Shown here: piece by piece, positions 21,945 through 27,741 of the stretch
How positions within the stretch are numbered: the first letter of the stretch is position 1
How the letters are laid out: each line of letters starts with the position of its first letter
Notes under the pieces: generated by a model
Database searches by the model: none
What the model was told of the DNA's origin: nothing
The model's input: the letters and a program-made list of their open reading frames with translations, nothing else
Source: Chiloscyllium plagiosum
Taxonomy: Eukaryota
Direction: 5' to 3'
DNA: 27,741 bases
Assembly: GCF_004010195.1 (NCBI RefSeq)
Contig: NC_057752.1
Coordinates: 12,960,381-12,988,121 of the forward strand
Made by a program: the position numbers and the translations under genes

Positions 21945-22060
21945 AGGTGGACTGCAGCGGTTCAAGAAGGCAGCTCTCCACTACCTTCTCAAGGGCAATT
22001 AGGGATGGGCAATAAATGCTGGACCAGCCAGCGATGCCCACATCCCACAAGCAAATAAAA
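21945..22060 (+). mobile_element. 3' end of the 5290-5935 LINE family
   Basis: GCAGCGGTTCAAGAAGGCAGCTC..GGGCAATAAATGCTGG is the reverse complement of about 5300-5400. Confidence 0.85.
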
Positions 22061-22959
22061 GCGACGTTAATCTGTCAGAAAATGGGTGAGACAGAAGCGT
22101 ACAAGGCCTCACTCAGACCAAGTTGTGTTCTGTGGTGAAGTGCCCTGGAGTGGAGGATGTTCGCAAGATGTCCACTTTTCCTGCTCATGGGCAGCCAAGG
22201 TGTAGTCTACAAATTAACTGTTGTGGGGGAATTACAGTGAAGAGATTGTGTTCTACCATTCCATTGCATAGTAGTTTAGCCATCAATCATACAGGCTATG
22301 GGACCTAAGTACAATCCTCGCTCTGTGTTCTGCGAGCTGGGCCCAAGCAGAGTAACACTTGGAAGTTCAAGATCCTGGGAAACAGTGAGTGTCTGTAGGG
22401 GAAAATGTGAGGAGTCTTGATTTCAAGACAGTGAACGGTATGCATTCTCCAGTCTGCCGTGTATCTTGTATCTTTGATCTGAGCAGATGGCATTAGTTCT
22501 AAAGCTGCAACAGGTTTTCTTTTTACAATACTTCAAAATACTTCAGCACTTAGCAGATTTTGGCACACATGCTCTCAGCCCAGATTCCAGAACCTTCGGG
22601 ACGATGTCAGTTATTTCACTGTCTAAGTTCACCCACAGGCTTAAGCGATTAAGTACTGTGAACATAGATCAGTGAACAGACTAACATAACCAAACACGGC
22701 TCAGTTCAGCATTGGACACTACAGTGAGTATACAGGGAGAAAGAAAGTGCAATTGTCGGGTATTTTAAGCTTGGGGAAATGAGAGCAGCACTGGCCATGG
22801 CAGAGATAAAGCATAGAGCGAGGGAGAGGAAAGGTGTGATGGAGAGGTGAAGAGAACGGGTCAGAGGCTAGAGGTGACAAGAGAGTTCATCTATCAGATG
22901 TCATCTATTTTTGATGCACACTGAGTTGCTATGACATTACCAACATTTGTTGATATAGA

Positions 22960-23900
22960 GTCTTTAACAACAACTTGAATGTAAATGTAATTTCAGTGCA
23001 GATACATTTAGTAGGAAGAACAAGAAAAAGCAAAGTGAACCAAAGGGTATAAATCTGAAGTGGATGCTGGAATAGAGAGACGGGGAGGAATATGTACACA
23101 AATCGTTGAAAGTGGCAGGATAGGTCAAGAAAGCAGTTCAGCAAGGGTATTTGGTATGCTGGGCTTTAAACTGATGACAGAGGCCCCACACTCTGCCACC
23201 TTTACTGTGGACCCCTATACAGTAACCCCTGTCACCCCCCCCCCCCCCCCCCCTGCCATCTGAGCACAGCAACTTGATAAACCCCTTGCTCAGAGATACC
23301 TGTAGTGTAGTACCTGGCTTATAGGCGATAGGGGGTGCGTTGTAAAGAAGATGCATGGCTGTTTCACCTGCACGAAGCTAGCCATGCCTGGATACTGTTT
23401 ACAAGAAATGGTTGCTTCTCCACCAACACCAGGGTCCACCTTTCATGCACAGTGCATGAAGAGACTGCTGTTTTGGAAACATTTTTCGAGACCTCAAAGG
23501 TTGACTCGTGCGCCGTAATCTACGGTAGATAGATTTGCAAAACAGGCATAGAGAGGAGAAAGCATGGAGGAGCTTTGATCAAAGTTTTCAACATCATGAA
23601 GGGTATGGACTGAATAGATAGGGAGATACCATTCCCCTTGGTCGAAGAACCAGTGGACACCAATTTTAAAGTGATCAGTAAATTTGCCAATGACTTCAAG
23701 GGAAATATTCTTTTGCATATGCTGCCTGAGAGTGTGGTGGAGGAAGATTTGATTGTACCAAAAGGCAGTTGGATCATTTGAGAAGAAATGATTTGCAGAG
23801 TTATGTGATAAAGGCAGTGGTATAAGTTAAGTTGTCCTTGCAGAGAGCTCACAAGACATGAATAAGTCGATTAGCCTCCTTCTGTTCTGTAATTGCCTGA
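22960..23900 (+). mobile_element. Old CR1 remnant interrupted by an insert of about 365 bp
   Basis: GGTATGCTGGGCTTTA resumes as AGGCATAGAG at about 23545; AAAGTTTTCAACATCATGAAGGG; tail GCCTCCTTCTGTTCTGTAA. Confidence 0.65.
23203..23527. mobile_element. Possible Tc2/mariner-like non-autonomous element (MITE)
   Basis: Right end GGTTGACTCGTGCGCCGTAATCTACGG-TA resembles a Tc2-type TIR plus TA; the left end TA-CTGTGGAC is a 7/10 inverted match; contains a 19-C run at 23235-23253. Confidence 0.35.
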
Positions 23901-23904
23901 TATC

Positions 23905-24325
23905 ATGCTTGTAATATAAAAGGTCCTGAGGCAATTTACAGGAGCACTGTAAAACAAAATTTGACTCTGAGCCACATTAGGAGATAATAGGCAGATGCCG
24001 AGGAGCTTATTCAAAGAGGTAGGTTTTATGGAACTGAAGAGAAGGAAGGAGAAGTTTAGCAGAGACACACTGGAGCTTGGGATGGCTGCCAATGCGGGAG
24101 TAATTAAATTCGAGGCTGTTCAAGAGGCAGAAAGAAAGGCGTTCAGCAAAGGTTGGAGGAGGTTCCACTGACAGGGAGAGGCCCTGGAGGGGTTTGAAAG
24201 CAAGGTGAAATTTTAAAGATCCAGCTATTTGCTTAACTGGGCACCAACATAAGTCAGCATTTAGCAGAGTGAAACAGACCAAGGCCTTTCACAGGAATGT
24301 TATCAAACAAAATTGTCACACAAAA
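23905..24325 (-). mobile_element. L2-type LINE 3' remnants
   Basis: ACAGGAGCACTGTAAAACAAAATTTGAC..GAGCCACAT..AAAGAGGTAGGTTTTA; a short second copy at 24255-24325; homologous to 24757-24930. Confidence 0.65.
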
Positions 24326-24344
24326 TACAAAGGGAGACACGTAC

Positions 24345-24474
24345 ATCTTGGAAAGGTGTAATTTGCAGCCTCTTTTTGTTTGTGTGTTCGCCCCATCTCC
24401 CTTCAAAATAGCAACGGACTCTAACACCATCAGCTGCATCGACATATCCATGTCTCATCTTCACAAAGTCCTCT
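24345..24474 (-). CDS. Candidate 130-bp internal exon (unverified)
   Basis: TACTTTTTTTGAATTCAG acceptor and GAT/GTACGT donor; a single open frame, EDFVKMRHGYVDAADGVRVRCYFEGRWGEHTNKKRLQITPFQD. No family recognised. Confidence 0.25.
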
Positions 24475-24756
24475 CTGAATTCAAAAAAAGTAATTGGTAC
24501 TGAACTTCAAAAATAACGATGACCAGATCTTTCCTTCACTGATATCGTCTCCTTGGTGTAAACCACTGATTGCTGTCAGGAATCACTGCAGATTTAAGAT
24601 GAGGCAAGTGTTTAATCACAGACCGGTCAATCTGAAAGAGGATATGAGAAAGCACAACAGTGTATTATCTGGCCCAGCAAGCTCTCTCTTTTGCATCATG
24701 CAACACTCTCCCCCCAAGCATGGATTCTGCCTGAGTAATCTAATCAATAGCGATGA

Positions 24757-24930
24757 CTCGCATTTGTATAGCGCCTTTAACACAGTGGAACCAAGTGGAA
24801 CGATCCCAAGGGAATGTTATGAGACAAAAATTGACATCAGGTCACATCAGGAGTACCAGCTGACTCACAAACCTAGGCAAAGGTAGGTTTTAAGGCAAAG
24901 AAAGCATGAGGGAGAGGTGGGGACATTTAG
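24757..24930 (-). mobile_element. L2-type 3' end fragment
   Basis: GCATTTGTATAGCGCCTTTAAC..CCCAAGG..AAAATTGACA..GGTAGGTTTTAAGG. Confidence 0.65.
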
Positions 24931-25376
24931 TGAGTACTGATCATCTGATACTTTCATTCTGTTCAAATATATCCGTACAAACTGAGAATCTCCACATATG
25001 TTTTACTCAGTGATCCTGACCTATCTGTTTTGAGGGCATCACAGTGACTCCCCACAGAGGCAGAAGTGAAAGTTTAACTGAAGCTTGAGCACAATAGAGA
25101 GAGCCATTGCAACACACTTCAACATATTCAGGCCAATGCTGTGTCATTAAACAGAGTTGATAAGGCAGAGTTTGAAGCAGCAGTTTCCCAGCATATTTTT
25201 TTCTATTTATATCTCCTTGTTTCCCTGTAGAGTTGTCCAATCGACAGGAACAGGAAGTGGTCAAAAGTCAGTCTGAAATTAATCATTCATAAGTACCCAC
25301 CATGTGAATAATAGGCCAGATCATTGCAGGAGTCAGGCTCCTCTCAGTATGGACCATTAGTTATATATTTTTGTAC

Positions 25377-25697
25377 AGAATCCGTACAGTGTGGAAGCAG
25401 GCTATTCGGCTCATTGAATACTGACCCTCTGAAGAGCATCCCACCCAACCCACCCCCACCCCTGTAACTTCCCATGGCTAACCCATCTAGTCTGCATACT
25501 ATGGGTAATTTAGCATGGCCAATCCACCCTAACCTGCACATCTTTGAATTGTGGGAGGAAACCGGAGCACCTGGAGGAAACCCACACAGACACGGGGAGA
25601 ATGTGCAAACTCCACACAGACAGTCGCCTGAGGTTGGAATCGAACCTGGGTCCCTGGAAAGTGAGGCGGCAGTGCTAACCACTGAGCCACTGTACCT
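25377..25697 (-). mobile_element. Full-length HE1-type V-SINE
   Basis: Colinear with 13210-13537; B box GGTTCGATTCC and A box TGGCTCAGTGG on the minus strand. Confidence 0.93.
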
Positions 25698-26575
25698 CCT
25701 TTAACTCGGAATTATTTTACGGTTTAACTTTTTGGACATATGGGCTGATGATAGTGGGGAATGTAGCTCACCCTGAACGACTGGACCAGCAGTCCATCTT
25801 GTTATGAAATGCGATTTAAGGATTGAGAAAACAACAGAGGAATATCAGGAGAGGGAATTACAGAGGATTTAGAGTCAAATCAGCAAAATAACAAGAGGGA
25901 GAGATTGAGGTAAAAGAGAGAGAAAGCAAAGAGACAAAAATGGGAATTATGAAAATAATCCAAAAAACATTGATGTTTCTAAAATCTCCAAAACATACTT
26001 ACCACTTGCTACACACGACATACGACTTGACAGATTAAATTGTCTGGAATACCATAGACAAGACTCACATGGTCAGAATAAATGCCCATGCCGATAAGTT
26101 CCAGCTAGTTGACACAAAGTTTAATGGGGAATGGATCCAGTGAGTTCTTCATATTAATGGGAGGTTAAGTAGGGAAATGCTGTCACTGTGACAAACAGTG
26201 GAGCAGCATAAATCGAGCAGCAGGTTCTGGAGATTTGCTCACTGCGTAGCCCTCAATATCCTGATTATGTCAGGCATTATCCGTCGAATGTTGCTATTTT
26301 TCCAGCAACATTTGCCTTATAATATAAATATATACACAAGGAGCGCAGATTGAGAAGTTAAGTTGATAATCTGCCTTCTCCATGATTGTATTATTCACTT
26401 TAACTCATTTGTTACCCATTCATCTGTCACTGTGGAATATCATATTCTGACTGACTAGTTTCACTTGTTAATGAGCTCTTCCTCATACCTTCATCAAGTT
26501 GTTGTCACGTAACTGAACCTTCCCTTAACCCATAGTCACTCATTGCAGACCTTCCTAGCCTTTCTATTATACCCC

Positions 26576-26752
26576 ACAAATCCTGCGGATGCTGAAAATC
26601 TAAAAGAAAAAAAAATCCCAGAAATTTCTGGAGAAACTCACAAGGTCTGGCAGCATCTGTGGAGAGAGAAACGGAGTTAACATTTCAGGTATGATGTGAG
26701 TCTTCTTTGCAACTGCTGTTCTGTTCTCCAGCATTTTCTGTTTTTATTTCAG
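26576..26752 (-). mobile_element. Decayed PLE pLTR-derived element with short inverted arm
   Basis: Reverse-complement homologue of 3478-3622; remnant AGTT..AAGAAGA..GAAATGTTAACT at 26714-26675; short + arm TCTCCAGCATTTTCTGTTTTTATTTCAG. Confidence 0.75.
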
Positions 26753-26864
26753 TTATAACGATTTTTTGGAGTTTAGTGTGCTCCTCTGGCCTTTGCTGTT
26801 ATTCCCTGCGAGTAACAAATGTCCTGCACACGTGTTCTTATTCTCCCTCCCGGTGTCAGAATTA

Positions 26865-27045
26865 AGACTATAAACCATAGGAGCAGAAATTACGCCGTTC
26901 AGCCCATCGAGTCTGCTCCAACATTCAATCATGGCTGATAAGTTTCTCAACCCCATTCTCCCACTTTCTCCTGGTAATCTTGATCCCCTTGACAATCAAG
27001 AGCCTATGTATCTCAGTTTTAAATATACTCAATCACCTGGCCTTG
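26865..27045 (-). mobile_element. CR1-type 3' tail fragment
   Basis: CATAGGAGCAGAAATT..TTCAGCCCATCGAGTCTGCTCC..CATGGCTGAT. Confidence 0.8.
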
Positions 27046-27227
27046 TGGCAGATTGAACCATCCGTGCTTTAACACTTTCTTTTCTAGGATCTCATACCTG
27101 TGAAATTCCTCACCTCCTGCCATCTTCCTTCAGTGAACCATTGCTTTTGCACTTACCCTTTTCCCCTCCCCAACTGTTGAAATGAGAGATATGGTTGGAG
27201 CCTTTTTGAGCCATGAGGTAGTCTTCT

Positions 27228-27741
27228 GTTGAAACTTTATTGCTGGAACAGCACAGCAGGTCAGGCAGCATCCAGGGAACAGGAGATTCGACGTTTCGGG
27301 CACAGGCCCTTCTTCAGGAATGAGCAGAGAGTGTTCAGCAGGAGAAGATAAAAGGTAGGGAGGAGGGACTTGGAGGAGGGGCGTTGGAAATGTGATAGGT
27401 GGAAAGAGGTCAAGGTGAGGGTGATAGGTCGGAGTAGGATGGAGGCGGAGAGGTCAACAAGAAGACTGCAGGTCAGGAAGGCGGAGCCGGGCTGGAGGGA
27501 TTCGGCTGAGACAAGGGGAGGGGGGATGAAGAAACTGGTGAAGTCCAAGTTCATCCCCTGTGGTTGGAGGGTTCCCAGTCGGAAGATAAGACGCTCCTCC
27601 TCCGACCGTCCCGTTGTTGTGGTTTGGCGGTGGATGAGTCCAATGACCTGCATATCCTCGGTGGAGTGGGAGGGGGAGTTGAAATGCTGTGCCACAGGGT
27701 GGTTGGGTTGGTTCGTCCGGATGGCCCAGAGGTGCTCTCTG
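27228..27741 (-). mobile_element. Penelope-like retroelement 3' part: GIY-YIG endonuclease C-terminus plus pLTR; runs off the right edge
   Basis: Minus frame REHLWAIRTNQPNHPVAQHFNSPSHSTEDMQVIGL..EEERLIFRLGTLQPQGMN fits the PLE GIY-YIG C-terminal pattern (EH..HF..H..E..I..L.T..P.G.N); it is followed by the pLTR shared with the short elements. Confidence 0.93.
27286..27321 (-). ncRNA. Minimal hammerhead ribozyme motif, best-preserved copy
   Basis: Minus: ATTC-CTGAAGA-A-GGGC-CTGT-GCCC-GAAA-CGTC-GAAT; perfect 4-bp stem I and 4-bp stem II, ACGU palindrome; predicted cut between 27290 and 27289. Confidence 0.85.

Noticed and set aside
25200..25292. Plus-strand terminal exon after a strong pyrimidine tract (similar acceptors near 14649 and 27088)
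   Set aside because: Short frames, no matching upstream exons and no recognisable peptide.

Overview
Vertebrate, repeat-dense DNA that looks intronic or intergenic. The repeat complement (HE1-type V-SINEs, DeuSINE-like copies, many CR1/L2-type LINE remnants, Penelope-like elements) points to a cartilaginous fish (shark or ray). This is inferred from family recognition, not from a database search. No host gene is recognisable. Most long ORFs are decayed CR1/L2 ORF2 fragments, SINE read-through or microsatellite artefacts, and a few weak minus-strand exon candidates remain. The most interesting signal is a set of eight Penelope-like (PLE) terminal-repeat (pLTR) derived elements. Three carry an intact minimal hammerhead-ribozyme core (2803-2838 +, 14231-14266 -, 27286-27321 -) and the rest carry decayed cores. 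One core lies directly downstream of a GIY-YIG endonuclease C-terminus. Several elements are fold-back inverted repeats with an asymmetric tail of about 30-37 nt and clear target-site duplications (TSDs). Also present: a 69-71 bp tandem array, nested insertions with TSDs, a probable solo LTR, a possible Tc2-like MITE and a 122-N gap. Repeat boundaries are approximate unless a TSD is quoted.
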